64,000 bases of DNA from the NCBI RefSeq assembly GCF_011745625.1, contig NW_027191457.1, positions 806,001 to 870,000 on the forward strand. The letters are read 5' to 3'. How positions within the stretch are numbered: the first letter of the stretch is position 1; the number at the start of each line of letters is the position of its first letter. Below are positions 38,867 through 49,348 of the stretch, one piece after another. The position numbers and the translations under genes are program-made. Origin of the DNA: Cladosporium halotolerans (Eukaryota). The notes under the pieces were generated by a model. The model saw nothing but the letters and a program-made list of their open reading frames with translations. It was not told where the DNA came from and did not search any database.

Positions 38867-40918
38867 GTTCTTGACAACAGATCGCACTTTCGACCGCTTC
38901 AGTCTGTCAATGTCAGGAACCCATCCTGTTAGGGTGTGCGTCGAGCTCGAGGCTCGCGTTTTCAAGACCATCTGCGAACTTTGAAATATCCCTAGAGACA
39001 GCCATACATCCTCGCTGATGTTCATAGTCTATCAATGGACGGGAAGCAGAGTCAGAGTCCGAAACAGTTGGCGAAAGGCTTTGACGCGGCTGACCCAGCT
39101 CCGCACGCTCATGGTATGCTTGGCTTTGGCACTAAACTGAGAATCGTTGACCGGGAGAATGAGAGAATGAATTGTAGAAGAACACGATTGCTTGAGCAAG
39201 TGACGACCTTGCGTTCATGTGAGTACATTCTCTTTGGACGAGGCTAGACCCGAGCTTTCACGACACGTGCGTACATGAGCCCATGCTTCTTCAGCTGACC
39301 GCTGACGGTGACTGATGTGCTGCAGTCCAGTCATGGCTGCATGTGTCTTACAATTCGGACGGAAAAGTGCTCTGTGGAGAAATGAGCAGGAGAATGGGGT
39401 GTTCAGACAGATATTGCAGCGTGAAAGGTCAGCTGGAGAAGGTCAAGCATCGCGATCATTCAGTCATTGAAGAAGATAGACGAGGGGCAGGTTCGTTAAA
39501 GCTGCGTGAGACTGGACGAATGTCACATGTAAGTCGAGGCAGTACACACTAGACACCTCGAGCGCAGGAAGCCGGATGAGGGCCCAAGACACTGTGAGAG
39601 AGAAGAGCAGGAGGATTCAGACCAAGCACTACATACCAGACACATTCATGGGCTGAGGCAAGAGTTTCTCTTACATTGGGCTTGATTCAAGATAGTCGCA
39701 CACGCGCAGCCGCATCTCAAAAGCACACCCAAGTAATACTCTCCCACTCGTGGAGTAAATATGACATTGAGATCTGACGCCAACTGTGGGTTTCGACGTG
39801 AGGATGGCATGCAACGAGAACACTTTGTGAGCAAGCGAGATCTATGCTTTCGTAGCACGATAATTGTACCAAGAACGAACCGAAAGCCGTTGGGCTTCTA
39901 AAGAGCAGTACCGGTGAGCCAGAGCGGCGTTGTAATTGGCCACAGGCTCATCTTGGCATGCGACAAGTTGCGAAGCGCACCGCGGCTTTTTGCACATTGA
40001 CTGTGACAGATACAATTTGCGCTGGAGATCAGACCTAGATGGGGTTCGATTCCTTCAGGTAGTCACGTCGTCAATGGGCTTGCGTCGTCAACAAACTTTG
40101 CCTTACAGTTTAAAAGCTCAAGAAGATCGCATCCGAAGGCTTTACATCGTTTACATTGTTGATGGCATGCTCGCACCTCGGATGCCGCTCCTTGACGAAC
40201 TGTCTCCGAGCAAGCGTTCACATCTTGGTACCTTCCGTTAGGAAGACCTTCCGTCAGGAAGCAAGTCATCAGACTGTCGGGGATATCCCTGAAGACCGCT
40301 CGCTTGCAACTTGATGGCTTTGTAGCCTCTTTATCCACGCGACTCGAACGTCTCAAGCAACATAAAAATTGATGCAGCATTTCGTCGTGCGGTATAAGAG
40401 GCAATCAATCTCTAAGAACGATATCGCTCAACTTTGAATATCGACATCACATCGTCGCAAAAACGTCCTGATAGGGAATCGTGTAACCAACACCTCATCC
40501 CACCACGTACGCCATCGATCATCTCATGCCCAGCCCTGAATTTAAACACCTGCAAAATGTGGTATAGCGTTTCCCCAAGATGGGAAAGGGCCTTAACTGC
40601 AGCTCCGCAAGAACGCGCCCGCATCAAGATCGTCAAGTCCCTTCAGAGGCAGCACCTCCAGGGTAAAGATGCCACTGGCTGTGATTCGATCCTGCATCAA
40701 GGAGCAAATTGGGCTTGAAAGTAGTTTGAGGCAGATTTCCTGAGCGAAGTGCGTGAAGTGCATGGGAACAGGCAACATGACTACAACCATCAACCGACAG
40801 TATGCCAGCGCATCCCAATTGGCCTGTGTACAATTGCAATGTTTGGGTTGACGCTACCTGGCTGACTGGGGCGTCCGAGCGTGGTTCCGGAAAATTGATG
40901 TTTGAACCGCGTCACGAC

Positions 40919-41120
40919 CTGGACTGAATACTCCACTTTGGATTTGAGAGGCTTCTGGCTTGCTGTATATCCCTCGAACGCTTACCAAACAAAGCATTTC
41001 TTTAAACCTCTGCTCGCAATCTAGACTGAATAATCCATCTCAAATCTGATACGCTTCTGGCTTTCTATGTATCTCTCGAACTTTTGTGAATTAGAGCGGT
41101 TTCTTCGCACTTTCGCAAAA
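40919..41120. repeat. Diverged tandem duplication, period 102 bp
   Basis: First 61 nt of the units at 40919 and 41021 align ungapped with 14 mismatches by hand count. Confidence 0.75.
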
Positions 41121-43014
41121 TAAGATTAATGAATGGCAGAGCTCATGGAATTGTCACTTTGCAAAATAGCAACCGGCTCAGTAGTATTGCCAACATACCA
41201 ACGATATCGATGAGGGAACGCGCGTCCTGTTGGGAAAAGTATACTATACATCGATTTCTCGAGAACTTCCTGCATTCTCTGTGGGAGCTTAGCTCAGAGT
41301 CGCAATAACATCACAGCATCTCGGGTCGAACGGAATCTGTCACTGGCCATTACCAGCACATAAAAGCCTGCTTTTCTTTCAGGCAAGATAGCACATGCTC
41401 TGACAGAGTACCACTGCTTTGCGCAGCCAGAACTCTTTGCCTTCCCGATAACGCAGGGAAACATTAGTCAGCTCCCGCAGAGCAGAAGACTGCATATATC
41501 GGCGCGACGAACTCGCAGAGCATGGTTGTCTGTCCGTGTTCGTAGGGACGGCCGCCGTCGGGACAGAGCCCAGCCGGAAAAGGATTTAATTTTAGTTGTT
41601 TCGCCTGCGCTTGGACGACATTGGCTTTTGACTTGGTTGCACATGTTCATACAACGTCGCTATCTCTACTATCGTCTTGTGAAGCCCACCCCGGAATCGG
41701 GTACGTCTAGCGTTCAAATAAGGGTCAGGAAGGTCTTTCAAATGGAAGCATTTCGTCAGATCTTGCTCAAGCCCCGTATCTAACATTCGGCTTCGATCGG
41801 TCTTGCTCAGATCTCGATATCGCACCAACACTCGTTGTCGAAACGTGATAAACCATCGTTGCCCGGGGCAAACCCACCGAAGGGTGCCTTTAGCGAAACT
41901 CGAACAGTGCTATGCACGCGATCAGTCCCTACAGATGCTCGCGCACCAGTAATTCTCAAATAACATTCCCGTTGAAAACATAACGTAAAAAGCAAAGCTT
42001 GTGATGCCCAGCGGACAATCAGTCTTCACCGAGCGATCGAGACAGCATTCAGCGGGGAATTATCGTTCGACGGTTTTTGAACAAATTAATGAGTTGTTTT
42101 CACGCTGCGTACAAGTGCAAGTTGCACATCGACCTCCGAATTGATGAAGATCGCCGTGATGTCGAGTCCAGACATGGACTGCGCTCTTCCAAACCAATGT
42201 GAACCCAAGAGAATTCTCCGATCGTTTTCCCAGTATCGACCGAATCAAGATACTATATGTATGGCAAGGGAGACTTGATATCATATCCTAGCAAGCATAT
42301 CGTGGCGTTCCGGCAGTCGTTTGTCTGAAGCGCTGAGTCGAGCTGCGAGTGTGAACACTGTTCATTGTTGAGTGATCTGCAAGATTTGCGAGGCTTGAAG
42401 GTATTTGTGTTGACACGTTAGGCGGAGAGCCTGCAAGCTGTGGGAACTGCTCTGACGGATCCTGACCATCTCATGGTCTACACGGCGGGATTTCTCGATC
42501 GTAAGGCGAATGGAAATCAGGTCAGCCTCATGCTGTGCGTCACGAGGCTTTCCCAATTGGTGACGACAGGCAGTAATAAGAAGTTGCAAGGTTTGCTTCG
42601 TTGTTCAGAAGCTGTCGCATCCTGCAAAAGGATATAACGTCGCCACCGATCTGGTCTAGACGGTTGACGCTGCTCGAGTCGATGGACACTCAACATCGAG
42701 ATGAGTCCGACACGACGGGCATGGGATACATCCATACTTGAGACGCGAGTGATGTACCTGCGTTCTGGCGTCCATTGGTCCGGTCGTAGCCGGAGCTAGC
42801 TGCGGGCTTTCTTGAAATCGATCTTGAGATATGCTAGCTGATTGGCTCTCCCAGATAGCTGGCCAGGGCTCTCGAAAGGGCATACCTTGGGCAGGCCACA
42901 GATACCTAGTGCATACCATTGTACAGAATGCTGTGCGGGATCGCTAATAATCATATTCATACATACAATGCACACTAAATACTTCCTTCCCTATCTCATA
43001 CACAATTGATGCTT

Positions 43015-44282
43015 TTACCGGTCCATGAGCATGTTCCTAATCGAGCTCCAGTACTTAGGGGTAACCAGACTCTCGATCTCGCTCTTGGACAGCCACTGGA
43101 AGGCCTGGTCGCCGAAAACGTTCTTGCTCAGGTCCGCCTGGCCGGCCATAATGCGAGCCTTCATGAAGAAGACCTTCTCGCCGTACTCCTCCTGCTGGTA
43201 TGAGGGCACCGGGGCGGAAGACTTAGGGTCGGGCTGGTGGTGGGTGAGGGTGCGCAGTTGCGCCTTGGGGTATTCGAAAGAGTAGTGGCCGACAGGGTGG
43301 TTGCCGACGACCCAGGTGTTCATGTTGATACCAGCGGACTGGACGATGACGCGCTCGGCAGCCTGCGAAGTATTGAGTTAGCTAACTTTAGGCCAAATCG
43401 CGCCCGAGGATCAGGGGCAATATCTTACCTGGTGCAGGTCCTCCTTCGAGAAGAGTCTGTCCTCCGGAAACCTCCACCTTCCGTCCTTGTTCTTGACGAT
43501 CAAATACAGAGTCTGGTCAAGTTTGCGGTTCAGACTGAGCGTGTCGTTCTTGTTGTCCGCCTCCGTGATTCTCGGCATTGGTCTCTCGATCTTCAGCTCC
43601 AGATCTTTCCTCACGCCCTCTCCAACCTTCGCGTCACCGGAGACTTGCTCCTTGTTCGCCTCCTTATCTCCCACGGGCTCAGCGCCCAAGATCTCCTTGC
43701 CCTCAGCATCCCTAATGAGCGCTTCACGCTGAGCTTCCACCGCGGCAGTCTGGTCGCCTATGAGGACCTCATCGTTCCATGCCTCGTCGCCGTAACCACT
43801 GTAAACACCAATATCCCTCGCGGCGGTCTTGCGGTTCTTCGCTTTGCGTTTCCATTCCACGTCGGCGGGTGTGCCCTTCTTGTAGTAGAAGTATCTGCTG
43901 AAAGGAAGCGCGAGACGCTCGTTCAGGCGCTTTTGATAGAGGAAGTAGGCTTGCTCGAAGCTGGTGAGGTCGCGAGTGATGAGAGGTGGGCGGGAGACAA
44001 CAGGGGAGGCGAGGATGCGGTATGCTTTGCGCGGGGCCAGAGAAGTGACGGGAGGGATGTTCTGAGCGGATGCTGATGCAGGTGCTTCGGCGGTCGCTGC
44101 GGCAGTAGATGCGTATTGGCGTGCCTGTTGAGAGAGGCGGTTCATGCAGGAGGAGCATATGCTGTCGCGCGAGAGGTATGCTGGGACGGAGTGTTAGCTG
44201 CGATTGCGACACGTTTGTGTAGAGTAGAGTCCTTACCATTGTTGGCAGCAAAGCGCCGCACGCTCTTCTGGCCAGCATTCAT
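43015..44282 (-). CDS. MRPL17: Mitochondrial large ribosomal subunit protein mL46 (MrpL17); introns 44181-44236 and 43363-43428
   Basis: SRPPLITRDLTSFE, PRITEAD..ND..SLNRKLDQTLYL, MNTWVVGNHP and KVFFMKARIMAG motifs; presequence-like N-terminus with ICSSC and RQYAS. Confidence 0.93.
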
Positions 44283-44522
44283 GATGTGTGGTGGATGCGA
44301 TAGCAATCACTGCCCTCCTCGTCTCTCGCATCCAATGCCGGTAACATCCCATCCAGCGGCGCTCGCTCCAGAGAATCTCGCCGCGGGAGTGAGAGCGCCG
44401 GAGCCAAGTCGCGCTATACCTAATTCGGTCGCTCGCGAAAGTCGGACTTCTTACATCCCTCCGCTTCGCAAGCGCCTTCGTCTCTTCTCTTCTCTTCTTC
44501 AATCTCACGGCGCTATTCCTTA

Positions 44523-44654
44523 TCGTCAAGGGCTTCTGAAACACACAGCTCATTGACCATTTACATGTGCCTAGAACGAGAAGAGCGGTCTTTTTCGCTA
44601 ACGGCACCTTCGAAATACCTAAGGGGAGCAGTTAGATAGTTACTGCACACATTC
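44523..44654 (+). ncRNA. Candidate box H/ACA snoRNA
   Basis: H-like box AGAAGA 44579-44584. 3' hairpin with lower stem GCGGT/ACTGC, an internal pocket, upper stems CTAACGGC/GCAGTTAG and CCTT/AAGG, then ACA at 44649-44651. The 5' hairpin is less clear. Confidence 0.4.
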
Positions 44655-44770
44655 TGCATCCTGTCTTCTACAAAGATGATGGGCATGGCTTCATCGAGAT
44701 CAGGCCGTTTCTGTTTACTGTAATATGCTACCGGTCGCTCACATCGGATGCAAGGCCCGAACGCACACGA

Positions 44771-44814
44771 CTTAGGGATACGCAGGTCGCAATAGCGACC
44801 TGCGTGTCCCTAAG
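44771..44814. repeat. Near-perfect hairpin, 20-bp stem, 4-nt loop
   Basis: CTTAGGGATACGCAGGTCGC-AATA-GCGACCTGCGTGTCCCTAAG; one T.G pair. Confidence 0.9.
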
Positions 44815-45089
44815 GATAGGTAAAATCTGCGGCTATGTCTATCCAAAGTGATGATGTTCTGTGTCACAGGCGAGGGAAAAAGATGGGCGTGATGGCTCGT
44901 TCACATGCTCTCACACGCCTGGTTCATCAGATGTCACATTTCTTGGGTAAACTCCAGACCGACATCCAGCATCGCGTCGAGTCCTGTCTTCACTTCGTGT
45001 CTATCAGAAAATTCCCATCTCTGATCGTCTACCATCCAGTCCTCTACCGTTCCTGGAAACCGTACACGAAGATAGCTCCCCTCATGCCC

Positions 45090-46175
45090 TCAGGCCAGCG
45101 ACGAGAGGCTTAGAGAACTCAGATCCTTCATCTCTGAAATTAGTCTGAGGATCTGTTCCCAGGAATCATCTGGTCCAAAAAGACAAATGCACCACAGCGA
45201 TAATCGTTCCAGTGAAGCTTTATTGCGCGACAGGATCCCGAAAAGCGCATCAAGTGAGAGTGATACACCCTCCAAACTCAGAGCCAACAGCTGGTCGAGA
45301 CCTTTGCACGATAGCAAATCATCCGCTATTTGAACAACATTCGCGTGAGACTCTTCGTCAATAGAGTCAATGCCATCTGTATGACTGAGATTGAGAGTGA
45401 AATCCTCCATGTTGCACGCAGTTTCCGCGATAATTGTAGCCATACGAAAATCGGAATCCATCGCGCCATGGCCGAGCAAGTGCGTCGGAAACCAGGTCTC
45501 AAAAGAGAAAGTCTCTACAGATCTGAGTATCGACAGGAATTGGCCTCCAGACATCAACAGAAGATCTTCGAAGTTGCCGCAGGTTGGAGTTTGGAGCTCG
45601 ATAGTTGTGATGGGCAAAGAAACCGTTGCTAATGCCAGGAGAAAGTCTCTGCGCACAGGGGAGAACAGCTCGTTCACCTTTTCATCTTCGGATTCGAGGT
45701 TGCAATCGAAACGCTCCCACTCAACTTCGGTCCACGTTAGGCATTCAGTTGACTTTACTGCGCGGAGTACTTGAATCGTAAGTGAGGAGTTATATGTGTC
45801 CTCTACACGGCTCAGCGCATTCTTCCCACCATTGCTCCAGTCCATATCTAGCAGAACGTCTCTGATATTTCCTGCGAATTTTTGAGGATCCAGAGACTTG
45901 CGTGAAGGGTCGGAGGCTGAACTGGGATTCGAGACAATAAACCCGACCTCCTGGATCCCCCTTTGGAGTCGACTATGGCGAGTGAATAAATCATGGAGAT
46001 GTGTCCAGTCTCGAACCTCGTGGATATAGCAATATTGGTATTCCAAGAACTCCGCGGCGAAATGATCAAACGTCGAGTGCTCAAGCTCTTTACACGTGAG
46101 GCGAAGACTGAGCAGATCGCGGTTGCTGAGATAGCCGTCGATGTGTTGGAGAAGCTCGGTGGGTAAGCGAAGCAT
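45090..46175 (-). CDS. F-box protein with degenerate LRR-like C-terminus
   Basis: N-terminal MLRLPTELLQHIDGYLSNRDLLSLRLTCKEL F-box pattern; LxxLxL motifs near the end; weaker codon bias than neighbours. Confidence 0.8.
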   Translation of the reverse strand: MLRLPTELLQHIDGYLSNRDLLSLRLTCKELEHSTFDHFAAEFLEYQYCYIHEVRDWTHLHDLFTRHSRLQRGIQEVGFIVSNPSSASDPSRKSLDPQKFAGNIRDVLLDMDWSNGGKNALSRVEDTYNSSLTIQVLRAVKSTECLTWTEVEWERFDCNLESEDEKVNELFSPVRRDFLLALATVSLPITTIELQTPTCGNFEDLLLMSGGQFLSILRSVETFSFETWFPTHLLGHGAMDSDFRMATIIAETACNMEDFTLNLSHTDGIDSIDEESHANVVQIADDLLSCKGLDQLLALSLEGVSLSLDALFGILSRNKASLERLSLWCICLFGPDDSWEQILRLISEMKDLSSLSLSSLA

Positions 46176-46397
46176 CTTCAAATAGTGATGAGACACTCTA
46201 GAGTTTTGTGAAATCGGGCCGGTGTTGCCGAGGGATATGAAGCGATGAATTCGCGGGAAAAACGAGGTTTGGATTGATATTGCAGAGCGCGCACGCTCTT
46301 CTTAAACGGATCGATGCAAGCGAAGGCGGAAACATACGTCTCATCCGTCTGCATGAGGCTGTATTGGTCAAGGAATAATGCTTGCAAGTCCCCAAAA

Positions 46398-47111
46398 TCA
46401 TGGATGACCTATTATCATCATCCCCATCTTCTTCAGACTGGTATTATCCAGCGTTTGCTCAGCGCCTCCTGAAACACCAAGCTGCACAAGCGCCGCCCCC
46501 AAGACCTCGACAGGGATCTGATACGCCGCCGGAATCGCCCAGCCCACCCAGCTGCCTGGCATCACCACCATCCACGGTCTCGCTACAAAGACTTTCCAAG
46601 TGGCACCTTGCTTTGCCTCGAAATCGATGAACTCCAGCTCCACCTTGCCTCGCTCTTTCAACGCTGACAGGCCAGGCGGAAGACGAGTGCTCTGATCGCG
46701 GACTACAGCGCCACCACTGAGCAGAATGAAGCGGAATGGCTTTCCACCGGGGGTCTTGGGGGCGAGAGACTCGTGGAAAGCTCGTTGAGCGGCACGAGGG
46801 TATTGAATGTGGACGTCTGCGCCGCTTGTTGGCGCTCCGAGAGCCCTGTTGGCAGATGTCAGCTCGCGAGACCGTCCGTCCTTGCAGACTCGCACGAACC
46901 AAATGCAAGCTTCGGCACCTTCAAGCTGTTTTAGCTCCTCGGCAGTATACTTGAGGTAGTCCTTCTTGATGATCGTCTGTAGCTTCGGGTGCTGTGTGCC
47001 GATATCACGCCGACTCAGGACGACCACAGAGGTGACAGACGAGTTGTTGAGAGCATTCTGTAGCGCGCCGCCGCCTATGCGTCCTGTGGCACCGGTGATG
47101 ATGAGCTTCAT
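46398..47111 (-). CDS. NAD(P)-binding Rossmann-fold protein (atypical SDR); intron 46846-46899
   Basis: MKLIITGATGRIGG, VVVLSRR and PFRFILLSG motifs; splicing restores ACIWALG. Confidence 0.85.
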   Translation of the reverse strand: MKLIITGATGRIGGGALQNALNNSSVTSVVVLSRRDIGTQHPKLQTIIKKDYLKYTAEELKQLEGAEACIWFVRVCKDGRSRELTSANRALGAPTSGADVHIQYPRAAQRAFHESLAPKTPGGKPFRFILLSGGAVVRDQSTRLPPGLSALKERGKVELEFIDFEAKQGATWKVFVARPWMVVMPGSWVGWAIPAAYQIPVEVLGAALVQLGVSGGAEQTLDNTSLKKMGMMIIGHP

Positions 47112-47724
47112 GTTGAGGTTGCGGGCTCCGAGGCCTTGTCGACCACTTGGACGAGTCTTCGAAGTCGGCTATAACGACTGACTGGGAGGTCTGACTCTGG
47201 TCGAACAAAGAATCGAGCAGGCCTACAGAGGTCGATGCCATTTTTGACTTTCCTTTATTTGACCTCGTGATTCAATCTCCTCGCAGTCAGTCTCTCTTAG
47301 GGACACGCGCTTCTACCTACATGGGTGACGTGGCGGGACGAATTCGCCCGCTTCGCATTCGCATTCCGCTGTCTGCTCACCACGACGCAACTATGCTCCG
47401 ATCAAAAAGATGTGTGGAGTGACTTGGAGGACCAAGCAGTGAAGCAAAAGCAAAAGGAGATGGTCAATACGAGGGTCGAACTCGCGACCTTGGCGTTATT
47501 AGCACCACGCTCTAAACCAACTGAGCTAATCGACCTGATTTATCGAGGAATTCGATACCCGTGGGCCGTTTGTGTGATACATGACCAATGGTTGCCACAC
47601 GATACGTCACGAACGCTTCGAGTTGAAGGGCCGTCTCATGCCTCATATGCGCCAATACACGCACTCGCTGTGTTCTCGTGGCATCGCAAGATCCCAGCAC
47701 CCGGTGGTCGAGATCTCATTCTTT

Positions 47725-48939
47725 CTATTCTTCTTGCGTGTAGTACGCCACACCTTCTTTCCCATACCACTTCTCTCCAACCTCTCGATGGCTCCTAATC
47801 CACTTGCGAAGTTGACTCTCTCCAAGGCTATCCCACCTCGGATCCAAGAAGCTACTGACCGCATCGCCGCCCTCAGCTTGATTCCGTAGGCTTCTCACTT
47901 TCTCAGGGATGTATTGGCGGACCTCACTGACAGTCATATCCAGTGGAAGCCCCATGAAGAACGGGATAGAGTATCGAACATTACTTTTCGGTCCTGGGGC
48001 AATGACACGGTGAATCGTCGCTTTGACCGCTCCTTCCGTTGCTGCTTCAAAAGCGTTGCCGAAGTTGACGACGAAGCTGTTTGGTATGGGCTTTGCGCGG
48101 ATCCACTTGTCCGAGGACGAGAGGACTTCAAGCCCTTCTTCGTTACCGACTTGGTAGAGGAACGTGAGCCAGCCGGAGCTGTCTTTGTGTGCGCCTACGC
48201 CTTGCCCGGCGGTCTGAGAGTCGGCTGGGGATGGAGGATATCTCAGGAGCTTGATTCGATGTTGTGGTGGGAGGTATGTCCGGCAGGGCAATGTGTCGCC
48301 GTTGGTGGTTTTAGTGGTGGTGTGGCTTTGCCTCCCAAAGAAGTGATCGAAGGTGCCGACAGGGATCTCGAACGCTTCTTCGATGAGGTGCACGAAACGG
48401 TAAGACAGTGCTTCGACCTCATCATGGTAGTCTGACAAAGCTTTGCGAAACCCGGGCAGAGTACGCTCATCAGGCCACTGGTTTGGACCTCGCAATCTCC
48501 AGTATAGCTGATTGAAGTTCCTGGTCGAGGAGGAGTCATTTCCATTGACTTGACCGCTACTCTTGCTCTCATTGCTAGAGAATCTTTCATCAACAACATT
48601 TTCGTTCGGTCCTTGCCATACTTCCGGGAGCTCGGTGGCATAGTCAAATTGTTCCCTCAAGTCTTGCTTTCCAAGCGTAGTCTCTTCTGCAAAGCCACTA
48701 TAGCCGAGGAAGTGTGCTGAATTTAGTTTGCTCAGTGATGCTTTCTTCTCGCTGGGTAGAGCAAATAATGAAGGTAGCAAATCGGTGACATTGTCTATTG
48801 TCTTTGGAGGAACACCGTGGTTGACGACATTCAAGAACCCAACGTCGAACAAAGCCGCATGCAGCTGCCTCAAGAGCTGCGGCCTCGTTTTTGGGTCGTT
48901 GGCCCAAGATAGGTCCAAGATAGGTAGTGCCTGAGACAT
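47725..48939 (-). CDS. 2-oxoglutarate/Fe(II) dioxygenase, isopenicillin N synthase-like family
   Basis: LPILDLS, GFLNVVNHGV, PNQWP, HKD...H facial triad and RYS motif. Confidence 0.92.
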   Translation of the reverse strand: MSQALPILDLSWANDPKTRPQLLRQLHAALFDVGFLNVVNHGVPPKTIDNVTDLLPSLFALPSEKKASLSKLNSAHFLGYSGFAEETTLGKQDLREQFDYATELPEVWQGPNENVVDERFSSNESKSSGQVNGNDSSSTRNFNQLYWRLRGPNQWPDERTLPGFRKALSDYHDEVEALSYRFVHLIEEAFEIPVGTFDHFFGRQSHTTTKTTNGDTLPCRTYLPPQHRIKLLRYPPSPADSQTAGQGVGAHKDSSGWLTFLYQVGNEEGLEVLSSSDKWIRAKPIPNSFVVNFGNAFEAATEGAVKATIHRVIAPGPKSNVRYSIPFFMGLPLDMTVSEVRQYIPEKVRSLRNQAEGGDAVSSFLDPRWDSLGESQLRKWIRSHREVGEKWYGKEGVAYYTQEE

Positions 48940-49348
48940 TATGCAGATGTCAAGCAAAGATCACGACGATCTCGCCATGATACATGGTAGAATGATTACC
49001 AAGGCCAGCATTGGATGGCATAAGGGTAGACAGCTTAGGGTTAGTAGGGTTATGCGGGGTGGACCCTGAAGAGCTCGTGCCCCGCAGTACGTCAGGCGGC
49101 AGCAGCAACAGCGCCGCCCGTGACTAGAGCCCTCAGGTCTGCGACCCGCCTACACATGAGCAGCCGACTCACACTCATCCACCTGAGCAAACCGTGAGCG
49201 AGTATCAGTCACTCGAAACTTGCCACCACTCTGACCCTGCCACCGCGACCGCTTCCCGTCCAAGCCTACACTCTCTCCAACGGACAACACTGACCTGTGT
49301 ACCAAAGCAAGCTAGCCCACGGCTCACCGATAGGTAGCATCGCACAGC

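Noticed and set aside
40038..40058. GGTTCGATTCC T-loop/B-box-like motif suggesting a tRNA or SINE
   Set aside because: No cloverleaf, acceptor stem or A-box could be built around it.
44848..44935. GTGATGA C-box-like motif suggesting a C/D snoRNA
   Set aside because: No CTGA D box at a suitable distance and no terminal stem.
45090..48939. F-box, Rossmann and 2OG-oxygenase genes as a secondary-metabolite cluster
   Set aside because: No backbone enzyme (PKS, NRPS, terpene synthase) and no adjacent transporter or regulator.
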